Part shown: positions 43,691-53,218 of the stretch, in pieces
Position numbering within the stretch: the first letter of the stretch is position 1
Layout: each line of letters starts with the position of its first letter
From: an uncultured Spirochaetota bacterium
GTDB lineage: Bacteria; Spirochaetota; Spirochaetia; SZUA-6; Fen-1364
Length of the DNA: 64,000 nucleotides
Direction of reading: 5' to 3'
Assembly: GCA_963745235.1 (NCBI GenBank)
Contig: CAVUXE010000075.1
Coordinates: 30,283-94,282 of the forward strand
Translations under genes and position numbers: made by a program
Notes under the pieces: model-generated
The model's database searches: none
Seen by the model: the letters and a program-made list of their open reading frames with translations, nothing else
What the model was told of the DNA's origin: nothing

Positions 43691-44731
43691 ATGAGCATGA
43701 CGCGAAAGGCCGTGATCCTCGTCTGCGCGCTGACCCTTGTCGGGCTGGCTGCGTGGGCGGGAGGGGCCCCGGAGAAAAAGCAATTGCCGCCGGGACCTGC
43801 TTTCGACAGCGCGACAACGGCAACCGATGAAGGGACCGTGAAGCCTGTGGCGCAGAAGTCCCCCAAGCCCATCAAGATTGCCGTCCTGGGTCTGGAGAAC
43901 AACCCGTTCTGGATCCCCGTGAAAGAGGGGACCATGAAGGCGGCTGAGGAGCTGGCGCCCCTGAACTGCAAGGTTGACTGGATCAACGCGGGAGCGCAGC
44001 ACACCACGGATGTTTTCAGCAAGGCGGTGGAGGCGGCAATGGCGGAAGGCTATGACGCCATCGCCACGGTGGCTGGAGATTCCGGCCTGGTTCCGTACAT
44101 CAACAAGGCAGTAGACGCCGGCATCCCCGTCGGCACTTTCAACTCTGAGACGGCCACGGCCAACAAGAGGCTCTTCTTCGTCGGAGCGGACCTCTACCAG
44201 CAGGGGCTCACCGCTGGCAAGAACATGGTCCAGGTCCTCGGCGGCAAGGGAAAAGTGGCGGTCATCACCGGCTTCTTCTCCGTGGAGGCGCACGAGCTTC
44301 GCCGCAAGGGCTTCGAAGATGAGGTGGCCAAGGAGGCCCCGGGAATCACCATCGTGGGCCGCGTGGAGAACAAGGACAAGGCGGACACGGCGTACAGCCA
44401 GGCGCAGGACTTCATGACAGCGAACCCCGACCTCAACGCGATCTACGTGACGGCGGGAGGCCCCTTCGGGGCGGCCAAGGCTGTCCAGGACGCGGGCAAG
44501 GCCGGCCAGGTCAAGATCATCTGCTATGACTTCGTCGATGAGACAATGCAGTTCGTCAAGTCCGGCGTGATCACCGGGACCCTCGGACAGGATCCGTTTG
44601 CCCAGGGCCATGATCCGGCTATCCGCCTGTACAACTACCTCGTCGGCGGGGTCATCCCCCCGGCGGGCAGGCTTCTCACTCGCGCAGACTTCGTCACCAA
44701 GGACAACATTTCCCAGTTCTACAAGCAGTAA
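43691..44731 (+). CDS. Sugar ABC transporter substrate-binding protein (RbsB family)
   Basis: Signal peptide ending WAGG, NPFW, RRKGF, QDPF.QG. Confidence 0.9.
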   Translation: MSMTRKAVILVCALTLVGLAAWAGGAPEKKQLPPGPAFDSATTATDEGTVKPVAQKSPKPIKIAVLGLENNPFWIPVKEGTMKAAEELAPLNCKVDWINAGAQHTTDVFSKAVEAAMAEGYDAIATVAGDSGLVPYINKAVDAGIPVGTFNSETATANKRLFFVGADLYQQGLTAGKNMVQVLGGKGKVAVITGFFSVEAHELRRKGFEDEVAKEAPGITIVGRVENKDKADTAYSQAQDFMTANPDLNAIYVTAGGPFGAAKAVQDAGKAGQVKIICYDFVDETMQFVKSGVITGTLGQDPFAQGHDPAIRLYNYLVGGVIPPAGRLLTRADFVTKDNISQFYKQ

Positions 44732-44743
44732 GGAACACATCCC

Positions 44744-44776
44744 GGAGGGCCGTCGGCGGATGCCGTCGGCCCCTCC
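44744..44776 (+). terminator. Intergenic GC-rich hairpin after binding-protein gene
   Basis: GGAGGGCCG.CGGC / GCCG.CGGCCCCTCC imperfect stem; no U-tract. Confidence 0.5.
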
Positions 44777-44798
44777 CCGGGATTGCAACGGGGGACGC

Positions 44799-46304
44799 AT
44801 GCAATCCAACGCAGACATGCCCATGCTGACCGTTCGGGACCTGGCCAGGAGCTTTGGTGGCCTGAAGGCCCTTGCCGGCGTCTCCCTGGAGGTGCGGCGG
44901 GGAGAAGTCCACGCAGTGGTCGGAGAAAACGGGGCCGGAAAATCCACCCTGATGAAAATCCTCGGAGGCATCATCCCCCGGGACGCGGGCCGCACGGAGC
45001 TCGAGGGGAAGGAAGTTTCCTTCGACTCCCCGCATGAGGCCATCTCTGCCGGAATTGCAGTGATCCACCAGGAGCTTTCCGTGCTGCCCACCATGAGCGT
45101 CATGGAAAATCTCTACATGGGCCGCATGCCAACCCGAAGCGGCAGGATCCGCTGGAAAGATATGGAGGAGCGCAGCCGCACCGCCCTTGCCGAAGTCGGC
45201 CTGGACATCGACCCCCGCACCCTCATGAGCAACCTGTCAATCTCGCACCGCCAGCTCGTCGAGATCGCCAAGGCCCTGTCCATCAATGCCCGGCTCATCA
45301 TCATGGATGAGCCGAACTCCTCCCTGAGTGAGACGGAAACGGAGCGGCTCTTTGCCGTCATCGACTCCCTCAAGAGCCGCGGCGTTTCCGTCATTTACGT
45401 GTCCCACAAGATCGACGAGGTGTTGAGGATCTCGGATCGCATCACCGTTCTTCGTGACGGCGCCCTGGTGGGCACGGTGGATCGCGCCGGGGCCACTGCC
45501 GGCGCGGTGATCAAGATGATGGTCGGCCGCGAGCTGACCCGGGAGTACGTTCCTCACGGGGAGTCCGGGCAGACCATCCTCAGCGTTCGAGGGCTCACGG
45601 GTGATGGCTTTTCGAACGTTTCCTTCGACCTGCGCAGGGGGGAGATCCTGTGCTTTGCCGGGCTGGTGGGAGCGGGGCGCAGCGAAGTATGGCGCACCAT
45701 TTTCGGCGCCCAGCGCCGGCATTCTGGAGAGGTGCTTCTGGACGGGCGAACCGTCTCCTTTGCCTCTCCCCATCATGCCATCGGCGCCGGCATGGCCATG
45801 GTCCCCGAGGACCGAAAGAAGCTCTCCCTGTTCATGGACCAGCCGGTGTGGTTCAACATGGCGCTGGCGGGGCTGCCGGCGATGAAGCGGGGGATTGCCA
45901 TTGACCGGGGGCGCATGGGGAAAATCGTCTGGGGCTTTGTGAGCAGCCTGGCAATCAAGCTGCGATCCACCGACGAGCCGGTGCGAAACCTTTCCGGAGG
46001 CAACCAGCAGAAGACCGTGCTCGCCCGCTGGCTCGCGCTGTCGCCCAAGGTGCTCATCCTGGATGAGCCCACCCACGGGGTGGATGTGGGCGCGAAATCC
46101 GAGGTGTACGAGCTGATCCGCCGGCTGGCGAGCTCCGGAATCGCCATTGCCCTGATCTCTTCCGAGCTTCCCGAGGTGATTGCCATGGCAGACCGTGTCG
46201 TGGTGATGCACGAAGGCCGCGTTACGGGGATCCTCGGCAGGGCCGACATCGACGAGCATCGGGTCATGGCGCACGCCACTGGCAGCGAGATGACCTCAGG
46301 CTGA
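44799..46304 (+). CDS. Sugar ABC transporter ATP-binding protein (RbsA/MglA, two NBDs)
   Basis: GENGAGKST, MDEP, SHK, LSGGNQQK, DEPTHGVDVGAK. Confidence 0.95.
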   Translation: MQSNADMPMLTVRDLARSFGGLKALAGVSLEVRRGEVHAVVGENGAGKSTLMKILGGIIPRDAGRTELEGKEVSFDSPHEAISAGIAVIHQELSVLPTMSVMENLYMGRMPTRSGRIRWKDMEERSRTALAEVGLDIDPRTLMSNLSISHRQLVEIAKALSINARLIIMDEPNSSLSETETERLFAVIDSLKSRGVSVIYVSHKIDEVLRISDRITVLRDGALVGTVDRAGATAGAVIKMMVGRELTREYVPHGESGQTILSVRGLTGDGFSNVSFDLRRGEILCFAGLVGAGRSEVWRTIFGAQRRHSGEVLLDGRTVSFASPHHAIGAGMAMVPEDRKKLSLFMDQPVWFNMALAGLPAMKRGIAIDRGRMGKIVWGFVSSLAIKLRSTDEPVRNLSGGNQQKTVLARWLALSPKVLILDEPTHGVDVGAKSEVYELIRRLASSGIAIALISSELPEVIAMADRVVVMHEGRVTGILGRADIDEHRVMAHATGSEMTSG

Positions 46305-46393
46305 TGACGCAAGGTGCCCGGGGGATGTAGGCGATTTCTCCACACGACAGTATAATGCCGCAACCCGCATTACTGCTGTTGGAGGGAGATCAC

Positions 46394-47206
46394 ATGCCGG
46401 AAGGTCCGAAGTATCACATCATGTTCCGTACCACGGAGGGCGTCCGCGGAGTGCCCCGTCCATTCGGGTTGGACATGCGAACGGTGATCAAGGTTTGCTT
46501 CCTGAGCCTGCATGAGGCGGTGAAACCGTTCCCTCACGCAATCCATGTGCTGGGGGACAGGCTTTCAGAGGACCTGAAGACCTTCTTCCAGCGCCTTGCG
46601 GATCGGGACGCGGCAGTCAAGATCCACCTGGAGGACTGCGACAGCGGCGAATCCATCCGGCAATCTCTTTCACTGGCGCTGGCAGTTCCTGACGGGGACT
46701 GGGTGTACTTCCTCGAAGACGATTATCTGCATCGACCGGAGGCATTTGTCTGGATCGATGAGCTGGTCAGAAACAAGGCGGAGGTGCTCCGCTTTGAACC
46801 GGGCCGCTGGTTCATGAAGCGCCTGTTCCGCAACGCCAACGAGGCACCGCTCATCATCCATCCGGCCGACTATCCCGACCGCTACCACCCGATCAAGCGC
46901 CAGTTCAGCCTGCTGTACATCACTCGTCTCAACCACTGGCGGCAGATCAGCAGCACGACGCACACCTTCATGGCGGAAGCCGGCACTATCCGTCGATACG
47001 AGAAAGTCATTCGTCGGTCCTCGAAACCCCCCCGGGACTTTTACCTCAGCCGTCACATGTACAGCCACATCTTCTTCCGGGGACGGGGCCTGTGCCTTTC
47101 CCCGATCCCGGGCGTGGCGACTCACATGACCGAAGGCGTGATGACCCCGCTGGTGGATTGGGAAAGCCTGCTTCGAGAGACGCTCGCAAAGGTCAAAGAG
47201 CTCTAA
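46394..47206 (+). CDS. Glycosyltransferase-like hypothetical protein (GT-A type)
   Basis: VYFLEDDYLH acidic motif, SPIPGVATH. Confidence 0.55.
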   Translation: MPEGPKYHIMFRTTEGVRGVPRPFGLDMRTVIKVCFLSLHEAVKPFPHAIHVLGDRLSEDLKTFFQRLADRDAAVKIHLEDCDSGESIRQSLSLALAVPDGDWVYFLEDDYLHRPEAFVWIDELVRNKAEVLRFEPGRWFMKRLFRNANEAPLIIHPADYPDRYHPIKRQFSLLYITRLNHWRQISSTTHTFMAEAGTIRRYEKVIRRSSKPPRDFYLSRHMYSHIFFRGRGLCLSPIPGVATHMTEGVMTPLVDWESLLRETLAKVKEL

Positions 47207-47221
47207 TGCTTCGGTTTCCCC

Positions 47222-48085
47222 TCACGCCAGCGCCTCTTCCAGTGCCTTCCTCATGACGTCCTTGTTCGGCGTGAGCCCGGTCCACATGGTGATGTTCAAA
47301 GCTGCCTGGTTGATCAACATCTGCATGCCGCTCTGCCAGCGCAACCCCCGGCTGTCGGCCTCCCGCAGAAAGGGAGTGAACGCCGGGTTGGGGATGACAT
47401 CCTGGACATACACGTTCCTGCCGATCGTGTCATAGTCGATGTTCGGCTTGTCGTTGACGTTCGGGTAGAGGCCGATGGAGGTAGCGTTGACAAGGATGTC
47501 GGTCCTGGCCGGGACCTTGAACGTGTCCACCCAGGGAACATAGTCGACCTGGACATTGGCGTTCTTCGCGAGGGTCTTCACCAGCGCCTCACCCAAGGCT
47601 GCATCTTTGGGGATATTCACGATGGTCAGGTGCCGGGCGCCGGCCAGGGACAATTCCACGCAGATGGCCCGCGCGGCACCGCCGGCGCCAAGCACCACGA
47701 CATTCTTCCCCTTTGCTTCCACCCCCGCGCTTTCAAGGGCGATCATGAAGCCCTTGCCATCGGTATTCTCGCCGGTCAGGATCCCATTGTCGTTGATGAT
47801 GGTATTGACCGCGCCTATCTGTTGGGCGCTGGGCGACAGCTTATCGATGAATTTCAACACCTCGATCTTGTGTGGAATCGTGCAATTGATGCCCCGGAAC
47901 TTCATTGCCTTGAGGCCGAGTATCGCGTCGCCGAGCCTGCCTGGATCCACATCGATGGTCAGAAAATGCCAGTGCTGCAGCCCCAGGTCGCGAAACGCAG
48001 CTTCCTGGATGACCACGCCCGGGTTTTCGGCCGCAGGATGCCCGAACACGCCCACCAGGTTGTCCAGATAATTCTGCTCTTTCAT
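47222..48085 (-). CDS. Shikimate dehydrogenase-family oxidoreductase
   Basis: NCTIPHK, GAVNT, ENTDG, GAGGAARA, VNATSIG, MLINQA. Confidence 0.85.
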   Translation of the reverse strand: MKEQNYLDNLVGVFGHPAAENPGVVIQEAAFRDLGLQHWHFLTIDVDPGRLGDAILGLKAMKFRGINCTIPHKIEVLKFIDKLSPSAQQIGAVNTIINDNGILTGENTDGKGFMIALESAGVEAKGKNVVVLGAGGAARAICVELSLAGARHLTIVNIPKDAALGEALVKTLAKNANVQVDYVPWVDTFKVPARTDILVNATSIGLYPNVNDKPNIDYDTIGRNVYVQDVIPNPAFTPFLREADSRGLRWQSGMQMLINQAALNITMWTGLTPNKDVMRKALEEALA

Positions 48086-49917
48086 GCCTCACTCCAGTTG
48101 TTTGCGAAGTACACGGCGCCCACCGCCTGGGCGAACTGAGCGACGGTCAGCTCTGGATGCCGCTCCAACTGTTTCATGAGCGACGTGTTCGCCATGCCGG
48201 TCCCGGCCACGACCAGGGAAATGCCGGGATCGACGCTCCGCGCTCCCTCCACCAGCAAGTCGAAACAGGTCTGGTTCTTCACGAGGCGCCCGAACAGGAA
48301 CCGCTTGTCCGTGCCGGGCGCAAGGATGCGCCGCGTCTCGAGCAGCGTCACCGCCAGGGACTTGCCGATCTCACGCCAGATCTTGTAGTTGGTCTGGTCC
48401 CTCTCCCGGTCAGGGAGCCTCATCATGTGCTCCAGGAACGGCTTCCTCTGATCAACAGACCCGGTCGGGACATACCAGCCTTCCTGCGTGCCCTCCGCGC
48501 GCTGCTCGACATATCCCCTTTCAACCAGCTCATGGAACAGGTCGGGGCGTTCGGTGGGGAAGTACTTGAGGGCAAGGCGGAATATGCCGCTCTGGCTGCA
48601 GTACTTCTGCAGCGTCCCCGGCAGGCCCGTGTTGAAATTGTTGACGCTGCGCACGTCGTCGGCGCCATAGGCGCGCTCCGGCCAGCTGCCAAGGTCAATG
48701 ATGAAGTTGTAGACCTCCAGCGGGATGTCCGGGATGACCCCCGTCTCCGTCACCCAGCCGGTGCCGAGCTCCGTCCCGAGCGTATGGGCGAAGACCCCCT
48801 TGGCGACGTCGGCGGCGTCAAGCGAGGCGGCAATCTCCACCGCCGCGGTGAACGAGGCCATGGGCCCGTCGTTGATTATCCGGACCGCGCCGCCGGGCCG
48901 CACCCACGCCTGCAGGCGGATATCCAGGTCGGTGAGCTCAGCGAGATCCGATTCGTAGTCGATGGCAGGGTTGCTGCGGATACCGCGGGTCTTGTAGACC
49001 TCTCCTCCGACAATCTTGTTCTTCACCACGACATCCGGGAAACAGAGCCCGATTCCATCAAAGCGCGGCTCCTCATGGAGCCCCTCGGCCTCGAGGCTGG
49101 ACAGCACCTGAGACATCTCCGTGTCCCCCACGCCACCATGCAGGGCATGCGCCACGCGCCCAAGCAATTCCCGTCTCCGTCCGTCTCTCTCCGGCATGCG
49201 ATGAAGCCACAACCGGGCCTGGAGCAGCCGGACGATCAGGCAGATGGGATCAACCAATTGCCGCGAGCGCAGGAAGCCGGCTGGGAACCAGTCGTATTCC
49301 ACGCAATCGATCAGGCGGCCGTCATCCACAAGGACGGCCTTGATGTCGGTTCCCCCCACGTCAACGCCAAGGAGCGCCTTGTTCGAGAGGTGCTCCGTCC
49401 GACTCCTGAAAGAGTTGACGACATCCACTTGCGGATTTGGAGGCCGATGCTCCAGCGGCGCCTGCCCGAAATCGCCGAATCGGAAGGAAAATGCCGCGCC
49501 GGAGGGAATCATCACGTTGATCATACGCTCGATGACATTCACCGCCCGGCCGTAGCCGCAACGCGACGAACGCCTCATGCCGAGCCCGAAGACCGAGGGA
49601 AGCCTCCTGACCGCTTCGGCGAGTGAGGCCCGCGCGGGGTCGAAGTAGACCGTCATGAGCTTTCCGCCGAGAGCGGAGAGGATGTTGTAGATCTCCGCAT
49701 GGATGTAGCTTTCGACGAAGCCCCGTTCCGCGGCGCCCATGGCGTCGAGGCGAGGCACCCTCATGTCAAAGCGCCGGGATCCGGTTCCATCCAGGAGCTC
49801 CACGACGCAGGCCAAGCGCTCACTCGCTTCGTCCGCCAGGCTCCCGAACAGGGAGTGCAGGTCGGTGATGTAAACGCTTTGACCCGCCTTCGCTGCCTCC
49901 ATGAGCTCCCCGGTCAC
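48082..49917 (-). CDS. Large ROK/hexokinase-fold protein, copy 1 (putative sugar kinase)
   Basis: GVDVGGTDIK, IINDG, TLGTELGTG; ~180 aa N-terminal extension. Confidence 0.65.
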   Translation of the reverse strand: MTGELMEAAKAGQSVYITDLHSLFGSLADEASERLACVVELLDGTGSRRFDMRVPRLDAMGAAERGFVESYIHAEIYNILSALGGKLMTVYFDPARASLAEAVRRLPSVFGLGMRRSSRCGYGRAVNVIERMINVMIPSGAAFSFRFGDFGQAPLEHRPPNPQVDVVNSFRSRTEHLSNKALLGVDVGGTDIKAVLVDDGRLIDCVEYDWFPAGFLRSRQLVDPICLIVRLLQARLWLHRMPERDGRRRELLGRVAHALHGGVGDTEMSQVLSSLEAEGLHEEPRFDGIGLCFPDVVVKNKIVGGEVYKTRGIRSNPAIDYESDLAELTDLDIRLQAWVRPGGAVRIINDGPMASFTAAVEIAASLDAADVAKGVFAHTLGTELGTGWVTETGVIPDIPLEVYNFIIDLGSWPERAYGADDVRSVNNFNTGLPGTLQKYCSQSGIFRLALKYFPTERPDLFHELVERGYVEQRAEGTQEGWYVPTGSVDQRKPFLEHMMRLPDRERDQTNYKIWREIGKSLAVTLLETRRILAPGTDKRFLFGRLVKNQTCFDLLVEGARSVDPGISLVVAGTGMANTSLMKQLERHPELTVAQFAQAVGAVYFANNWSEA

Positions 49918-49918
49918 A

Positions 49919-50857
49919 CTACCTCCCGGCGGTGTTGGAGCGCTTGTGCTCCCTGACCACGGACAAACCCTCGGACTCCAGGATTTTCTGGAGCGCCGCG
50001 ATTTCGCTCTCCGACAAGGGCGCCATTCCGTCGAAGAACTCCGTGCTCCTGTTCATCAGCTCGTACTTGTTCATGGCAAGCGGATTGAAGTTCAGCAGCT
50101 CGACGCTTCCAGCAGCGTTTTCCTCCCCGATGAATCGCGCCAATGCCCCGATGTTCGATTCCGTCGCGGTTATCCGGGGTATCAGGGGAATCCGCGTCAG
50201 GAGCTGCACGCCACTGCGCGCCAGCCTGGCGTAGTTGCGCCAGATCTGCTCATTCGGGCTGTGGGTATATTCCCGGTGCAGCGCGCTGTCCGCCAGCTTG
50301 AGGTCGACAATGAACAGATCGGTCCAGGGGATGAATCGCTCGACAATCTCGTAGTCGCCGAAAAGGCAGGTCTCAATGGCCGTATGGACCTCCTCCTTCT
50401 TGCAGAGACCGAGCAGCTCGATGGCGAACTCATGCTGGACCAGGGGATCTCCGCCCGAAATGGTGATCCCGCCGCCGGACTGGCGATAAAACTCGACGTC
50501 TCGCAGCAGCGTTTCCGCGGCGGCCGCAGCGGAAATCATCTTCCCATCAAAGGACAGGGCTGTCGTCGGGCAGGCGGCCACGCAGGCGCCGCATGACGTG
50601 CAACTGGCCCTGTTGATCCGGACGAACGGATGGTTCTCCTCGTCATAGCGCAACGCGCCGTACGGACAGCTGGACGCGCACAAGCGGCACTGGATGCACT
50701 GCTTTTCCAGGTACCACAGGCTGATGCGGGCTTCCAATCCCTCCGGGTTCTGGCACCAGGCGCACCGAAGGCCGCAGCCCTTCAGGAAAAGGGTGGAGCG
50801 GATGCCGTATCCGTCGTGCAGGGTGAAACGCTTGATGTCGATGATGGCCCCGTCCAT
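49919..50857 (-). CDS. Glycyl-radical enzyme activase, copy 1
   Basis: [25 protein letters not shown], two CxxCxxCxxxC ferredoxin motifs, GGITISGG. Confidence 0.93.
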   Translation of the reverse strand: MDGAIIDIKRFTLHDGYGIRSTLFLKGCGLRCAWCQNPEGLEARISLWYLEKQCIQCRLCASSCPYGALRYDEENHPFVRINRASCTSCGACVAACPTTALSFDGKMISAAAAAETLLRDVEFYRQSGGGITISGGDPLVQHEFAIELLGLCKKEEVHTAIETCLFGDYEIVERFIPWTDLFIVDLKLADSALHREYTHSPNEQIWRNYARLARSGVQLLTRIPLIPRITATESNIGALARFIGEENAAGSVELLNFNPLAMNKYELMNRSTEFFDGMAPLSESEIAALQKILESEGLSVVREHKRSNTAGR

Positions 50858-53211
50858 CAGGTGTCCCCATAGCTCGTGCGCGCTATTATCTCGTCCTGCA
50901 GATCGTTCGCCAGCTCGGTGAAGTATGCGGTGTAGCCGGCCACCCGGACGGTCAAGCCCCGCCAGGCCTCCGGATGGCACTTTGCCGCAAGCAGGTCCTC
51001 CTTGCGGATCACGTTGAACTGGACGTGGTTGATCCGCAGCCTGACGAAAGTCCGCAGGAGGCTCGCGAACTTTGCGATTCCCTCCTCCGTCCTGAAGAAC
51101 TCGGGAAGGAATTTCATGTTGAGCAGCGTGCCGTTGCTTCCGTCCCCCGAATGGATCTTCGACACCGAGCGAAGAAGCGCCGTCGGGCCGGTCCTGTCCC
51201 GGCCGTACATCGCGGACATGCCTCCGTCCGCCAGCGGGTCCCTCGCCTTCCGCCCGTCCAGAGAAGCGCCGACATTCTGCCCCATGGGCACGTGGGCGGA
51301 CACGGTGTAGAGGCCGGCATGGTAGGGGCCCCCGCGCGCATTCGTGTATCCGGCCATCTTCCCGGCGAAATAGCCGACCCACCTGGCCGGGATCTCGTCC
51401 ACCCAATCCACGTCGTTGCCGTATTTCGGGACCTTGTTGATGAGATACTGTCGCAGCGCCTCATTGCCTGCGTAGTCGCTTCGGATGGCGGCAAGAGCGT
51501 CCTCAGCCGTCAAGGTGTGGTCGACATAGATGCATTGCTTTATTGCAGCGAGGCAATCCGCGACGTTGGCCGGCTGGATGGCCTGTATCCCGGACAGGTT
51601 GTAGCGTGCTCCGCCCGCCGTCACGTCGAGGCCCTTCTCCGCGCAGCCTTCAATCACCGCCGAAAGGAACGGGGATGGAAGCACCTCCGCGTGCAGCCTC
51701 TCAACCGTGTCGCAGGCCTTGATCATGCGCTCGATGAAATGGTCCATCTGCGCGCGGAAAGCGGTCTCCAACTCTTCGTAGCTCTTGTAGTCGGCGAGCG
51801 AGCCGAGATCCAGCCCCATGCGCTTCCCGCTCAACAGGCACCTGCCGTTGTTGATGGTGAGCTCCAGGGCCTTGACCATGTTGAACATGGCCGCGTCGCT
51901 CCAGCCCAGGGCGTTTCCGTGCGTCGTCAGCTCGACGCAACCGACGATCGCGTAGTCAAGCGCGTCCTGGCGAGATATGCCCCGTGCCAATAGGGCGGGA
52001 ATGATGCTTTCGTCGTTGAACACTTGCGGCATCCCGGACCCCAGGCCGATGACCCGGGCGCACTCCCGGACAAACTCTTCCGAGGACTTCTCCGAGAGGC
52101 GGGCCGACAGGTTGGGCTGCGGAAGTCCTATGTGGGCTTGCGCCTCGAGGAACAGGTAGGACAGCTCGTTCGACGCGTCTTCACCCTTTTCGTCGAGGCC
52201 GCCAATGGCGACGTTGAAGCCGATAGGGAAGCCAGCGAAATATTTCGCGCTGTTGGAGTTGCGGAGATAGACGATCTGGTTGAACTTGAGCCAGAGCGCT
52301 TCAACGATCTCCAGCGCGGCCGTCCTGTCCAGGGTCCCTTTCTCCAGGTCGGCCTTGTAATACCTGGAGAGATACTGGTCCGCCCGCCCTGGAGAGAACG
52401 AAGAGGCGTTGGATTCCGCATGCAGGAGCACGAACAGGAACCAGAGGGACTGCACGGCCTCGCGGAAGGTGGATGGCGGCTCGACCGACAGCTTCAGGCA
52501 GATGCGTGCTATCTCTTCCAGATTCGCCCTGTTTTCGGGGGAAGCCTCATCCGCGGCCATCCGGCGGGCGAGGGAGGCGTATCGTCCCATGAAGTCCAGG
52601 GCGCCTTCGAGTGCAATCGCCATGCCGCGGTAGAAATCCCGGGATGCCGGCGCCGCCCGCCCCGCCCTCTCCAACACGTCGTCACGGATGGCGCGGGGCC
52701 CCCGGGACAGCCAGTCCCTCGAGCTCGGGCATATGTGGCCTTGCGAGTGGTCGGTCTGGTTGATTTTCGCCACCGTGCCGATGGCGGTCAGCTCGTCGCC
52801 GAGAGCGGCCTTTACCCTGTCCTCCAGCGACTTTCCTTTCCAGAAAGGCAGAATCTCGAGGCGGAACTTCTCGACATCCTCCGAACGCACCTCGAACTTG
52901 TCCTGCGGACGTTCGGGCAGGCCCTCGATCTCGGCATCCACCCAGGAGATTCCTGCCTCGGGTGAGACGACGCCCGCACGGACTCCTGCCGTGCGGTTTC
53001 CGACGATCAGCTCCAGCGGGTCTATGCATATCTCTATTCGCCGCAGAGTCTCCGCGAGAGACTCTGCGCGCTGGATGTTTCGAGGCTTGTCCGGGTTGGC
53101 CTTGTAATACTCAGTGACGATCACGGCTTGCTCGATCGAAAGGAAGCGCGGCTCATCGAGCATCCGCTGTTTCAGCGCAGAAATTCTCCCCGTGCTTGCA
53201 AGCCCGCCCAT
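50857..53211 (-). CDS. Glycyl radical enzyme, PflD-like, copy 1
   Basis: [35 protein letters not shown]. Confidence 0.92.
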   Translation of the reverse strand: MGGLASTGRISALKQRMLDEPRFLSIEQAVIVTEYYKANPDKPRNIQRAESLAETLRRIEICIDPLELIVGNRTAGVRAGVVSPEAGISWVDAEIEGLPERPQDKFEVRSEDVEKFRLEILPFWKGKSLEDRVKAALGDELTAIGTVAKINQTDHSQGHICPSSRDWLSRGPRAIRDDVLERAGRAAPASRDFYRGMAIALEGALDFMGRYASLARRMAADEASPENRANLEEIARICLKLSVEPPSTFREAVQSLWFLFVLLHAESNASSFSPGRADQYLSRYYKADLEKGTLDRTAALEIVEALWLKFNQIVYLRNSNSAKYFAGFPIGFNVAIGGLDEKGEDASNELSYLFLEAQAHIGLPQPNLSARLSEKSSEEFVRECARVIGLGSGMPQVFNDESIIPALLARGISRQDALDYAIVGCVELTTHGNALGWSDAAMFNMVKALELTINNGRCLLSGKRMGLDLGSLADYKSYEELETAFRAQMDHFIERMIKACDTVERLHAEVLPSPFLSAVIEGCAEKGLDVTAGGARYNLSGIQAIQPANVADCLAAIKQCIYVDHTLTAEDALAAIRSDYAGNEALRQYLINKVPKYGNDVDWVDEIPARWVGYFAGKMAGYTNARGGPYHAGLYTVSAHVPMGQNVGASLDGRKARDPLADGGMSAMYGRDRTGPTALLRSVSKIHSGDGSNGTLLNMKFLPEFFRTEEGIAKFASLLRTFVRLRINHVQFNVIRKEDLLAAKCHPEAWRGLTVRVAGYTAYFTELANDLQDEIIARTSYGDT

Positions 53212-53218
53212 CGTCGTG

